Assembly: GCA_016839785.1 (NCBI GenBank)
Contig: JAEOTQ010000216.1
Coordinates: 1 to 23,962 of the forward strand
Length of the DNA: 23,962 bases
Source of the DNA: Candidatus Hodarchaeota archaeon
GTDB taxonomy: Archaea > Asgardarchaeota > Heimdallarchaeia > Hodarchaeales > Hodarchaeaceae
Direction of reading: 5' to 3'
The number at the start of each line of letters is the position of its first letter. The stretch's first letter is position 1. Positions 8,121 through 16,709 of this stretch are shown here, one piece after another. The position numbers and the translations under genes were made by a program. The notes under the pieces are model-generated. The model was not told the origin of the DNA and ran no database searches. It saw nothing but the letters and a program-made list of their open reading frames with translations.

Positions 8121-9104
8121 CTAGGATCTTAGGCGACGACCAGTTAAATTAATGAAGACATCTTCAAGTGTAGTCCCCCTTAGGGACAGATTTCCCACAC
8201 TAAAATTCTGTTTTTCTATAAAGGTAAGAATTCTGCTTAATTTTGGGACAATATCTAGGGCACGAATTGTCAGGGTATTTTGGGATATAGAGATATCTTC
8301 GAATGGGAGGGGTGGATCAAGAGCAGCTAATTTTACTGATAGGGAGTCTAAATCTGTTTGTCCATGATGACTAACAAGTTCTATTTCTACAAGATCTCCT
8401 TCTCCAATGGATGATTTCAACTTCTTTGGGGTGTCGAGAACTAATATTTTTCCTTGATCGATAATAGCGACCCGATTCGATAATCTATCTGCTTCTTCCA
8501 TATAGTGAGTGGTTAAAATCACTGTTTTTCCTTGGTTTGGAAGATTACGTATGAAATCCCACACAATAACTCTTGATTGAGGATCTAAACCAGGGGTGGG
8601 TTCATCACACAGTACTATTTTTGGATCATGAACTAGGGCTAGAATTAAATTTAATCTACGTTTTTGTCCTCCAGATAAATCCTTTGTGATAGCTTTTCTT
8701 TTCTCTTCTAAGCCGATTTGAAGGATTAATGAATTAATTCGCTTCTTAGCTAATGGCTTCGGTATATCATATATTTTCGCTAAGAACCAAAGATTTTCTT
8801 CAACAGTTAAATCTTCATAATATGTAGGAGTCTGTGGGATAATACCTAATACATTTTTTAGTTTCTTCCCATCTCTATTAGGATTTATTCCTAAGATAGT
8901 GACTTCTCCTGCATCTGGACGTAATAACCCAACAATCATTCGGAGACTAGTCGTCTTTCCAGCTCCATTTGGGCCAAGAAATCCAAATATTTCTTGCTCA
9001 TAAATATCAAAGCTTATCCCTCTAACTGCATGAACTTTGTTATTACCTTTACCAAATGTCTTTTCAAGGGCTTTAACTTCTATTACTTTCTTCAAATCAG
9101 TCAC
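8121..9104 (-). CDS. ABC transporter ATP-binding protein (DrrA/NodI-like)
   Basis: Walker A GPNGAGKT, signature LSGGQ, Walker B LCDEPT, TTHYMEEA, C-terminal TLEDVFINLTG. Probable start is GTG 9104, which overlaps the upstream gene's stop (GTGACTGA). Confidence 0.93.
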   Translation of the reverse strand: MTDLKKVIEVKALEKTFGKGNNKVHAVRGISFDIYEQEIFGFLGPNGAGKTTSLRMIVGLLRPDAGEVTILGINPNRDGKKLKNVLGIIPQTPTYYEDLTVEENLWFLAKIYDIPKPLAKKRINSLILQIGLEEKRKAITKDLSGGQKRRLNLILALVHDPKIVLCDEPTPGLDPQSRVIVWDFIRNLPNQGKTVILTTHYMEEADRLSNRVAIIDQGKILVLDTPKKLKSSIGEGDLVEIELVSHHGQTDLDSLSVKLAALDPPLPFEDISISQNTLTIRALDIVPKLSRILTFIEKQNFSVGNLSLRGTTLEDVFINLTGRRLRS

Positions 9105-9618
9105 CCTGTATTTTCTTCTTGAGATATTGGAGACCATGTTCTAAGGACTCATTATATATTTGAATTCCCAAATTTTGCATTTGGACTGCATTAAATAATT
9201 CAGGATCGCTATTCTCAATATCTGAGGATTGCAGATCTGAAAGCGTATCCATCATCATTTCATTCATATCAATAAATCTCTGAAACATTATTTCTAGCAT
9301 AGAAGTATCGTCAGCAACATGATAAGAATAACCTAATTTGTGAGTTCCTTTTCTAAATAGAGTTCCAAAGTGGACATTGATTTTGATTGCTCTATTCACT
9401 GATGCTATTGATGTTGGATACTCAGATTTATCACCAAATAATTCCTTCAGTCTTTTTGAGATAGTTACTTGTGTCCAATCATCTCGTTGTTCAAGCCATA
9501 AGAGTGCATCTATGTATCCTGATAATCCAGGTAATCCATATTCTTCCCAATATTTTGCTAACACATCAAAGAAACTTTTCCGCTGAACGCTTATTCTAGA
9601 CTTATTCTTCTTATGCAT
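9097..9618 (-). CDS. GbsR/MarR-family winged-helix transcription regulator
   Basis: WEEYGLPGLSGYIDALLWL resembles the GbsR N-terminal helix. It has an HTH (WTQVTISKRL...SIASVNRAI), a wing and a C-terminal helical region, and is the first gene of the exporter operon. Confidence 0.72.
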   Translation of the reverse strand: MHKKNKSRISVQRKSFFDVLAKYWEEYGLPGLSGYIDALLWLEQRDDWTQVTISKRLKELFGDKSEYPTSIASVNRAIKINVHFGTLFRKGTHKLGYSYHVADDTSMLEIMFQRFIDMNEMMMDTLSDLQSSDIENSDPELFNAVQMQNLGIQIYNESLEHGLQYLKKKIQGD

Positions 9619-9655
9619 TGATTCTCATAATGACTAGAACATTCAAGTATTTAAA

Positions 9656-9696
9656 ATTTCGGAATACTGAAATTCTGGATTTCAATTAATTGAAAT
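9656..9696. promoter_or_regulatory. Two tandem ATTTC-N8-GAAAT palindromes, probable autoregulatory operators
   Basis: 9656-9673 ATTTCGGAATACTGAAAT and 9679-9696 ATTTCAATTAATTGAAAT (a perfect 18-bp palindrome). They sit just upstream of a TTTAAATA box (~9655-9648, minus strand) ahead of ATG 9618. Confidence 0.7.
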
Positions 9697-9744
9697 GATT
9701 TATATCTTACTTAAATCTTAAAATAAATACAGATATGCAATTTT

Positions 9745-10536
9745 TTAAAACAAAAATGACTCAACGGCAGCCATATATTTATCAAAGCCCAAATAAAGCA
9801 AGTCATTATGTCCTGCGTTGGGAATGATAACTAATTCCTTTTCTTTGCTTGAAGAATTTTCGTAGAGAGCATATCCGTTATTAGCCGGGATAATGAAATC
9901 GTTCTCACCATGGATGATTAAAGTCGGTATACTTATCTCATTTATTAGAGGTAGGGGGGAGATCTCTATTTCTTTGTCTTCAGGAAGAAATTTTTGGGGA
10001 ATTCCTAACCTTTGTAGTAACTCATAAGTGTAAGCAAATCCACTTTCTATGATTAACCCAGTGATTTCATTTTGATAACTGCTGGCTAACTCTATTGCAG
10101 AGGCACTTCCCAAAGATCGTCCCATAACGGATAAGGGCCCAGTATATTCATTGACGGCTAAATACTCCTTGAATTGGTGGAAAATCGGGTGGGAATCATT
10201 AAGCATATGCTCAAAAGTGGGTTCACCTCCACTTTGTCCATACCCTCGATAATCAACTACACAAAAGTTTATCCCTCGTTTCTGAAATTCTGGGGCTAAA
10301 TTATGGTAATCTTGGGCAATTTCTCCATTACCATGAAAAAATAATAACGTGGGTGCCTGTTTAGACGCTATATGTAGGAAACCACAGATTTCAAGATTTA
10401 CTTTAACATTAAAGCATACTAAATAACGATTCTCCTTATCATCTGGTACAATTGGTTCCTTCCGAGGATGAAAAATCATTTGATTAATGAATGGCACATC
10501 GAGAAATGTAAGATCTCTTTTTTTATTCATACACAT
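9745..10536 (-). CDS. Alpha/beta hydrolase, ABHD13/ABHD17/BEM46-like
   Basis: FFHGNGE, DYRGYGQS, nucleophile elbow GRSLG, IESGF, IHGENDFII and AGHND. Confidence 0.88.
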   Translation of the reverse strand: MCMNKKRDLTFLDVPFINQMIFHPRKEPIVPDDKENRYLVCFNVKVNLEICGFLHIASKQAPTLLFFHGNGEIAQDYHNLAPEFQKRGINFCVVDYRGYGQSGGEPTFEHMLNDSHPIFHQFKEYLAVNEYTGPLSVMGRSLGSASAIELASSYQNEITGLIIESGFAYTYELLQRLGIPQKFLPEDKEIEISPLPLINEISIPTLIIHGENDFIIPANNGYALYENSSSKEKELVIIPNAGHNDLLYLGFDKYMAAVESFLF

Positions 10537-10552
10537 ATTCCCTCAATCTGTA

Positions 10553-11284
10553 TTATGACATTGGGACGAGACTATTCAGGATAGAGAAGACTCCAAACAT
10601 TATGGGAACGTATACAACTATCGAAGCTATAAGATCCCAGATGTAATGTTCTCCTAAGTAAATTACAGAGAAACAGAAAAGGATCCCTAACAATAGAAAA
10701 AATACAATACCCACTGTCCAAACCCACCAAGGTGATGATAAACTAATAAAATAGCATAAAATAGCACCAGCGAGCATTAATCCTAGATGATTAGATGGTA
10801 AACCATTATACAATAGTCCATTTACGTTATCGGACTGTTTGAATTGTTCGAGCCGTAAAGGAATGATTGGAAGCTCACGACCAAATTCGTTCCATCTATT
10901 GGGAACAATCACAGGATAAAGAAATTGGATAGTCATACTAGTGCCCCATGATAAGATAACTGGAAGACCATATCGCCACGCCTGATCCCCCTGAAGACCG
11001 CAGATATAAACTTCGATGACAACAGTTATTGTAAAGGCCCAAAGCCACAGCTGCATTGTAGAAAAATCGAGAATCTTTGTAACTGTCGCATTTGTTCTTA
11101 ATTTCTCTTGGAGAATTTGAGTAGGTCGTGGAGAAAAGAATTTTGCCCGTTTGTGAACCTTATCGGGAGTTTGCCACCAATGAGCGCTATACCATAAAAT
11201 AAGCATACCTATGGTTACTAGCAATAAAAAAACGTTGAGAGGAGTAGCAAATGCTTCTGTGTATGCTGCAATGATGTTGTCCAT
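10553..11284 (-). CDS. PAP2-superfamily membrane enzyme, Aur1/IPC-synthase-like
   Basis: C2 motif NGLPSNH, C3 motif SVIYLGEHYIWD, YPVIVP segment, no KxxxxxxRP C1 motif, multiple TMs. Confidence 0.7.
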   Translation of the reverse strand: MDNIIAAYTEAFATPLNVFLLLVTIGMLILWYSAHWWQTPDKVHKRAKFFSPRPTQILQEKLRTNATVTKILDFSTMQLWLWAFTITVVIEVYICGLQGDQAWRYGLPVILSWGTSMTIQFLYPVIVPNRWNEFGRELPIIPLRLEQFKQSDNVNGLLYNGLPSNHLGLMLAGAILCYFISLSSPWWVWTVGIVFFLLLGILFCFSVIYLGEHYIWDLIASIVVYVPIMFGVFSILNSLVPMS

Positions 11285-11310
11285 AATTTCAACCCTGGAT
11301 TAAAAACGTT

Positions 11311-11751
11311 TTATTGACAAGACTTTTTTGGGTTCTCAGTTATTTGTAGAAAGCCAGATGCGTCCAAGAAGGCCTGAGCTTTTTGGAAATCTGTGTCATC
11401 AACCGAAAATGCATAATGAGCTTGATCTTTTGCGAATCTGAGGAGATAAAATGAATAAACGCGGATCTCTTGATCAAAAAGTAATTGTGCGAAATTTCCA
11501 AAAGTACCTGGTTCATCAGGTAGTGCTGCAACCAAGACATTTTGTTTACTAAATGAAATGTTTAGTTTTCTTAATAATTCGTGTGTTTTGTCTTCATTAT
11601 CCGTGAAAAGTGCAGCGGTACAAATTCCAAATGCAGAAGTTCCCGCCATTGAAACAATGTCTATGTCGTTTTCTCCTAGTGTCTTACCAATCTGTGCGAG
11701 TAATTTAAGTGCATCTGTGTCGTTTTCTAAATGAATGATAAACTGCTGCAT
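11311..11751 (-). CDS. Tandem ACT-domain protein (BT0572-like)
   Basis: Two ACT-like repeats (IHLEND...LGENDIDIVS; LPDEPGTFGNFAQLLFDQEIRV). ATG 11751 has an AGGTG RBS. Confidence 0.8.
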   Translation of the reverse strand: MQQFIIHLENDTDALKLLAQIGKTLGENDIDIVSMAGTSAFGICTAALFTDNEDKTHELLRKLNISFSKQNVLVAALPDEPGTFGNFAQLLFDQEIRVYSFYLLRFAKDQAHYAFSVDDTDFQKAQAFLDASGFLQITENPKKSCQ

Positions 11752-11825
11752 ATTTTGCACCTGGATAAAGGCTTTCAAATTCACTTATATAGGATAATCA
11801 ACTTTCTTGTTACAAATACTTAAAT

Positions 11826-12500
11826 TTGAGGGTACACATCATTTTACAGATCATCTATCTTTATGGTTTTGCTTCAGGTCCTTTTTCTGAAAAAGCGAGA
11901 TTTTTTGAGCATAAATTTGATTTAATAGGTAGTCCCTTCCAAATTTTTGATTATATACCCACTGCTCAGGATTTTTATCGTATACGTCCCTCTCGGTTAG
12001 TTAAAAACCTACACGAATTCATTGAAAAGAACTTTTCTGATCGAAGGATAGTACTGTTTGGATCTAGCTTTGGAGGGCTGATAGCAGCTTGGTATGCCTC
12101 GATTCATCCTACAAAAGTAGCAAAATTGATCCTTATAGCACCTGCTCTTCAATTTACATCCGAATTTATAGCTGAAACACTAGAAACTACTCTTTCCCAA
12201 TGGAAGAACAATGGAGATGTACTTGTCGAACATTACCGATTTAATGGAAAAATTCCTTTGAGCTTCTCATTCATTGAGGATCTTATCAATAATCCACCTC
12301 CGAAATTCTCTTTTCAGAAATTTCCTATTTCAACTCTAATTTTCCATGGAAAAGATGATGCAGTGGTTCCTGTTCAGTGGAGCATTGATTTTGCTCTTGA
12401 TAATCATCTTGTGACCTTAAATCTTTTAACTGGCGATCACCAATTATTAAATCAGAAACAAGCGATGTGGAATAGTATTCAATCATTCTTAGTTAGCTAA
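11826..12500 (+). CDS. YqiA/YcfP (UPF0227)-like alpha/beta esterase
   Basis: IIYLYGFASGPFSEKA, GSSFGG elbow, LILIAPA, FHGKDDAVVP and GDHQL. Start uncertain. Confidence 0.82.
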   Translation: MRVHIILQIIYLYGFASGPFSEKARFFEHKFDLIGSPFQIFDYIPTAQDFYRIRPSRLVKNLHEFIEKNFSDRRIVLFGSSFGGLIAAWYASIHPTKVAKLILIAPALQFTSEFIAETLETTLSQWKNNGDVLVEHYRFNGKIPLSFSFIEDLINNPPPKFSFQKFPISTLIFHGKDDAVVPVQWSIDFALDNHLVTLNLLTGDHQLLNQKQAMWNSIQSFLVS

Positions 12501-12879
12501 GATCATAAACAATGTTTTCAAGAGCTTGTTTAACTTGTGAACTTAATTGGACAATCAATTGACCTTCATTCGATGTTACTTCATGTTTAGGATCCGCCCA
12601 ACCAGAAAGCATAGGCCAAATATTAATAGCTGTATTTTGTTCATCCTGAATCTGTAGTAAGGGAGAAAGAACTTGTTCAAACTCGTTATATGTTTTGTTA
12701 TCAATAGAACATTGAACTAAGGGGCAATAATACTCGTCTGGGTCTGTAGCACGGCGCAATAACGGACGAATATCTTGGGTGTAACAAAGAGTGGTTTGCC
12801 CTATTCGAAGAACACATCCCGCATGAAAATTACTCTTCTCCACTCGGAAGGGACAAAAACCATGTTCGAGTATCTGCAT
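12493..12879 (-). CDS. Hypothetical 4-Cys protein, paralog 1
   Basis: Full-length similarity to the neighbouring ORF (CPFRVE, GCVL, CYxxDxRPL, YYCPL, NTxINIWPMLxG) supports real coding. Confidence 0.75.
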   Translation of the reverse strand: MQILEHGFCPFRVEKSNFHAGCVLRIGQTTLCYTQDIRPLLRRATDPDEYYCPLVQCSIDNKTYNEFEQVLSPLLQIQDEQNTAINIWPMLSGWADPKHEVTSNEGQLIVQLSSQVKQALENIVYDLS

Positions 12880-12953
12880 CAAAGAAATAGAGGAGAATTG
12901 ATTTTTAAGTTTACTCTAGAGAAAAAATCCGATAATTGTCGACAAAAATCTTA

Positions 12954-13349
12954 TTAGTCCATTTCAAAGATGATCTCATTTAATTCCTCCCTAACTTTCA
13001 TACTCAGCTTTTCCATTGCAATCCCTTTGGGAGTTTTCGCTTTATTACGCGAATTGGCAATTCCTGTTAACATTGGCCAAATGTTAATCGTTGTATTTTC
13101 TCTGTCTTGAATTGTAAAGATATAATTAACGAGTTTTTCGAATTCTCGATATAAAACTTCTGAGATTAAGACTTTGGGAAGAAGGGGACAATAATAACTC
13201 GAATCTCGGAACACTAAGGGCCGTTCATCAGTGGAATAGCACATAGATTCTTTTCCTTTTTGTAAAACGCAGCCAGGTAGATGATCAAGAATTTCAACCC
13301 GAAAAGGACAGTGGCCACGCACTTTCAAAACACCTAACTCCAAAAACAA
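12954..13349 (-). CDS. Hypothetical 4-Cys protein, paralog 2
   Basis: Same conserved blocks as 12493..12879. Start codon uncertain (TTG 13349 or a slightly later TTG/GTG). Confidence 0.75.
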   Translation of the reverse strand: MFLELGVLKVRGHCPFRVEILDHLPGCVLQKGKESMCYSTDERPLVFRDSSYYCPLLPKVLISEVLYREFEKLVNYIFTIQDRENTTINIWPMLTGIANSRNKAKTPKGIAMEKLSMKVREELNEIIFEMD

Positions 13350-13545
13350 ATAGAAAAATTTCCCAGATAAGTTAAATTACATTTTTCTTTTAAACCTGAT
13401 GGAATTCAGTTGGAGATGTCTATCCCAAACGACCAAGGCAAGAGGATAGTCCTATTTCATTTTTTATTTCCGTGTATTATCGAAATGAGTTTTATATCCA
13501 TCAATTTATTGTGCAAATTAAGACAAAACTTTGAATAAATAGGAA

Positions 13546-14754
13546 ATGAAGGGTTTTATGATGAATGATACAGAACTGAAGCAAATTCTTATACAGGAAG
13601 CGAAGGAAATTGAGTCTTATGTTATTAAGACTCGTAGATATGTACATCAACATCCAGAAACCGCTTTTGAAGAAATTAAAACCCAAGATTTCATAGAAGC
13701 TGAACTAAAAAATATTGGATATGAAACAATAAGAGCTGCTAGGACAGGAGTTGTCGGGATTCTCAACGGTGAAAATCCTGGACAAACAATTGCCTTACGT
13801 GCTGATACTGATGCGTTGAATTTAACAGAAGAGAATGATGTTGAATATGCTAGTAAAATTTCTGGAAAAATGCACGCTTGTGGTCATGATGCACATACAG
13901 CTATGTTATTAGGAGCGGCTAAATTAATATTTAAACATCGTGCTGATCTCTCGGGACCTTTAAAACTCATTTTTCAACCTGCAGAGGAAGGAGGAGGAGG
14001 AGGAAAACTTATTTGTGATGAAGGCCATCTAGACAATGTAGATAGAATTTTTGGAATTCATGTATGGCGAGAACTAGAAGCAGGACTTATTGGACTGCGC
14101 AAAGGAGGAATGTTGGCATCAGCGGACGCTTTTACAGTGATCATAACAGGCAAAGGAGGTCATGCTGCAGCTCCACATCAGGCGATCGATCCTACCGCAG
14201 TCCTCGTTGATATCTATAATGCTCTCCAAAAAATTGTTTCTCGTGAAATAGATCCTTTCAGTGATGTTATCATGACTACACCCGTCATGCAAGGAAGCGA
14301 TGCCTTTAACGTCATTCCGCGAGAAGCGAAATTGATGGGAACTTTTAGGACAATGGATCCTGATGTTAGAAAGCACATCGTTACAAGAATTCCTGAAATT
14401 GTAAAAGGATATTGCGAAGCATGGCGATGTGAAGGCAAAGTTATCTTCAATGAAGGTGACATGATTCCTTACCCTCCCCTAATTAACGATGCTCAAACTA
14501 TTGATGAAATAAGTAGAATCTTGGAAGGTACAAAGCTAAAGTATGTCTCAATGGATCCATCCATGGGTGGTGAGGATTTTGCCTTTTACTTACAAAAGAC
14601 AAAAGGAGCATTCCTAACCCTAGGGATCTATAATGAGGAAAAAGGAATTACTTCACCTCATCACCATCCTCAATTTGACGTAGATGAAGCCGTACTATGG
14701 AAAGGAACAGCATTGTACTCTATACTGGCTTTTTATCAATTATTCAAAGTGTAA
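13546..14754 (+). CDS. M20D amidohydrolase/carboxypeptidase
   Basis: HQHPE, RADTDAL, MHACGHDAH, FQPAEE, GKGGHAAAPH, GEDFAFY and HHHP motifs. Confidence 0.93.
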   Translation: MKGFMMNDTELKQILIQEAKEIESYVIKTRRYVHQHPETAFEEIKTQDFIEAELKNIGYETIRAARTGVVGILNGENPGQTIALRADTDALNLTEENDVEYASKISGKMHACGHDAHTAMLLGAAKLIFKHRADLSGPLKLIFQPAEEGGGGGKLICDEGHLDNVDRIFGIHVWRELEAGLIGLRKGGMLASADAFTVIITGKGGHAAAPHQAIDPTAVLVDIYNALQKIVSREIDPFSDVIMTTPVMQGSDAFNVIPREAKLMGTFRTMDPDVRKHIVTRIPEIVKGYCEAWRCEGKVIFNEGDMIPYPPLINDAQTIDEISRILEGTKLKYVSMDPSMGGEDFAFYLQKTKGAFLTLGIYNEEKGITSPHHHPQFDVDEAVLWKGTALYSILAFYQLFKV

Positions 14755-14834
14755 GAAGGATACTAAGGTTGGAGAAGTTGTTTTGGCGTTAAAAAGCGTT
14801 GGAGACTGATCCAAAAAGTATCTTCCAACTTTTT

Positions 14835-15833
14835 TTATTTCTTTCCTATTTTTTCATGTTTTATATCCTTTTCATTTCCCATTTGTAGAGATTGAGTGAT
14901 TTTAGAAGGCCTAATACCTGCTGTTACTTTTTTAATAAGATTTGGTTGGTCAGTTAAGGTGTATCCACATAATGGACACCCAGATTTTCCTGTCATTTCA
15001 GTAACTGAACTAAAATCTAATCCACATCCTTGACAGCTAAATGGAAACAGAATTAATTCCCCAGAACAATTAGGACAATTGGGAGAGCCAACTGTGATCA
15101 AATCAACATAATCGTGTATGCATACAAACCGTTTGCAGGACTTACATTGAAGGTAATTCCTCTCGTTGATCTCTCCAATACAAACTTGACAGGTGGCTTC
15201 CTTGGGTGGAGTAGGTTCTAATAGCAACATATCAGATCTAAGAACGAGAGAGTGATTATTTAATCTTAAGGGTGTTAATGAAGCCTTAACAGTTTGTGGA
15301 AGTTTCAGTTTACCAGTTGCTAACTCAGACGATAATGTATCAATGTGGATGGCTTTTCCTTTTGCTAGATCTTGAACCCAAGTTTGTTGTGATTTAGGAC
15401 GGAAATATTCTAGTGTCTCTTTAGTTTTTGTTTTTATGTCTCTACCGTACTTAATAGATTTTGCTTTTATTTTTGGGTAATTCTTTATTGCACTGAATAA
15501 GACGAAAATTAACAAGGAAATGATTAATAAAATTCCGAGTAGTAATGTTATTGGATTTGAAATAAAATTTAGGGGATCACTGCCAAGTATTTCCTCAATA
15601 TGATCGTTAAAAAAATCATTATCACTGTCAGGATCCCGAGGATTGGTACCAATCAAAAATTCTTCTCGGTTGGTTAATCCGTCTGAATCAGCCTCGTCTC
15701 CGCCGTCATCTACTCCAATAATAAAGTTATTCCGATATTCATAGATGTTAGTCAACCCATCGTTGTCTAAATCTCCATCAGCATCATGAACTCCCGCTTT
15801 CAATCCATTCTCGTACTCAAATAAATTCGGCAT
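14835..15833 (-). CDS. Single-pass membrane protein: TSP3-like Ca-binding repeats, TM, RING-like zinc finger and zinc ribbon
   Basis: DxDxDGLTNxxE repeats (aa 1-90), TM at aa 95-116 followed by a Lys-rich stretch, C-x2-C-x11-C-x2-C-x4-C-x2-D-x11-C-x2-C (aa 215-256), then C-x2-C-x15-C-x2-C. Confidence 0.75.
   Translation of the reverse strand: MPNLFEYENGLKAGVHDADGDLDNDGLTNIYEYRNNFIIGVDDGGDEADSDGLTNREEFLIGTNPRDPDSDNDFFNDHIEEILGSDPLNFISNPITLLLGILLIISLLIFVLFSAIKNYPKIKAKSIKYGRDIKTKTKETLEYFRPKSQQTWVQDLAKGKAIHIDTLSSELATGKLKLPQTVKASLTPLRLNNHSLVLRSDMLLLEPTPPKEATCQVCIGEINERNYLQCKSCKRFVCIHDYVDLITVGSPNCPNCSGELILFPFSCQGCGLDFSSVTEMTGKSGCPLCGYTLTDQPNLIKKVTAGIRPSKITQSLQMGNEKDIKHEKIGKK
15564..15833 (-). repeat. 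About 4 Asp-rich TSP3-like protein repeats, the first incomplete
   Basis: MPNLFEY, DLDNDGLTNIYEY, EADSDGLTNREEF.GTNP and DSDNDFFNDHIE..GSDP. Confidence 0.75.
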
Positions 15834-15932
15834 ACTAAGAAAAAATATAATCTAAACTTCAATAAGAATGCTAATCCTGATTTTATCAGTCAAATAACAG
15901 CCAAGCAAAATTCTCATTGTTTGAGGAAATAA

Positions 15933-16703
15933 ATGATGAATATTCTTTATCTTTTACCTGGAAAGGGGATGTCTAAAGATGAAATTGACCGTCGCACGTC
16001 TATTGCAAAATCAATTGCAAGACCTGGTTCAAAGATTATTATAATGGAAGTAGGTGAAGGGCCATTATCCATTGAGTCATCTATTGAGGAGTATATGTCC
16101 ATTGGACCGATGTTGCGCAAACTTGTCGATATACGGAAGGAAAACATGTATGATGCCCTAATTATTGGATGTGCAGGAGACCCTGGTTTATCACCATCTA
16201 GGGAACTCCTTGAGATTCCCGTTATCGGTCCCGCTGAAGCTTCTTTTCATTATGCCTGCATGCTATCAGATAGATTCAGTGTTCTAACCGTGTTAACAGC
16301 AGGTGTTGAATCTCAAGATAATGTTCGGGTTCTTATCAGAGAAAAAGGTCTTGAATCTAGGTTAGCATCAATCGAATTCGTGCATATTCCAATCATCGAT
16401 ATGTGGGGAAAAAGCAAGGAAAAAATCATAGAACAGATGGCAAACGGAGTTCTAAAAGCTAAGGAAAAAGGGGCAGGTTGTGTTGTCCTCGGTTGTATGT
16501 CAATGGCATTCTTAATGGTAGATGATATAATAGAGAAAAAAACTGGATTACCTATAGTAAATCCGCTCAAAATAAGCATAAAAACTGCTGAAACATTTAT
16601 AGACCTTAAACTTAAGCATAGTAGAATAACCTATCCTGAAGCTGATTTTGTTAAGCTAAATTCTACAATATTTAATTATTTGGACAATAAGAATTTGGAA
16701 TGA
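15933..16703 (+). CDS. Asp/Glu/hydantoin racemase family (hydantoin/allantoin racemase-like)
   Basis: GPLSIES, catalytic Cys pair in IGCAGDPG and LGCMSM, and PVIGPAEAS. Confidence 0.9.
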   Translation: MMNILYLLPGKGMSKDEIDRRTSIAKSIARPGSKIIIMEVGEGPLSIESSIEEYMSIGPMLRKLVDIRKENMYDALIIGCAGDPGLSPSRELLEIPVIGPAEASFHYACMLSDRFSVLTVLTAGVESQDNVRVLIREKGLESRLASIEFVHIPIIDMWGKSKEKIIEQMANGVLKAKEKGAGCVVLGCMSMAFLMVDDIIEKKTGLPIVNPLKISIKTAETFIDLKLKHSRITYPEADFVKLNSTIFNYLDNKNLE

Positions 16704-16709
16704 AGAAAA

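Noticed and set aside
13390-13460. Fluoride riboswitch or C/D-box sRNA (ctgatgga, ggagatg, ctatcc/ggatag stem)
   Set aside because: Only partial resemblance. The pseudoknot pairing and proper C/D boxes are not present.
13990-14004. (GGA)5 microsatellite
   Set aside because: Encodes the Gly run after the conserved PAEE motif of M20 peptidases.
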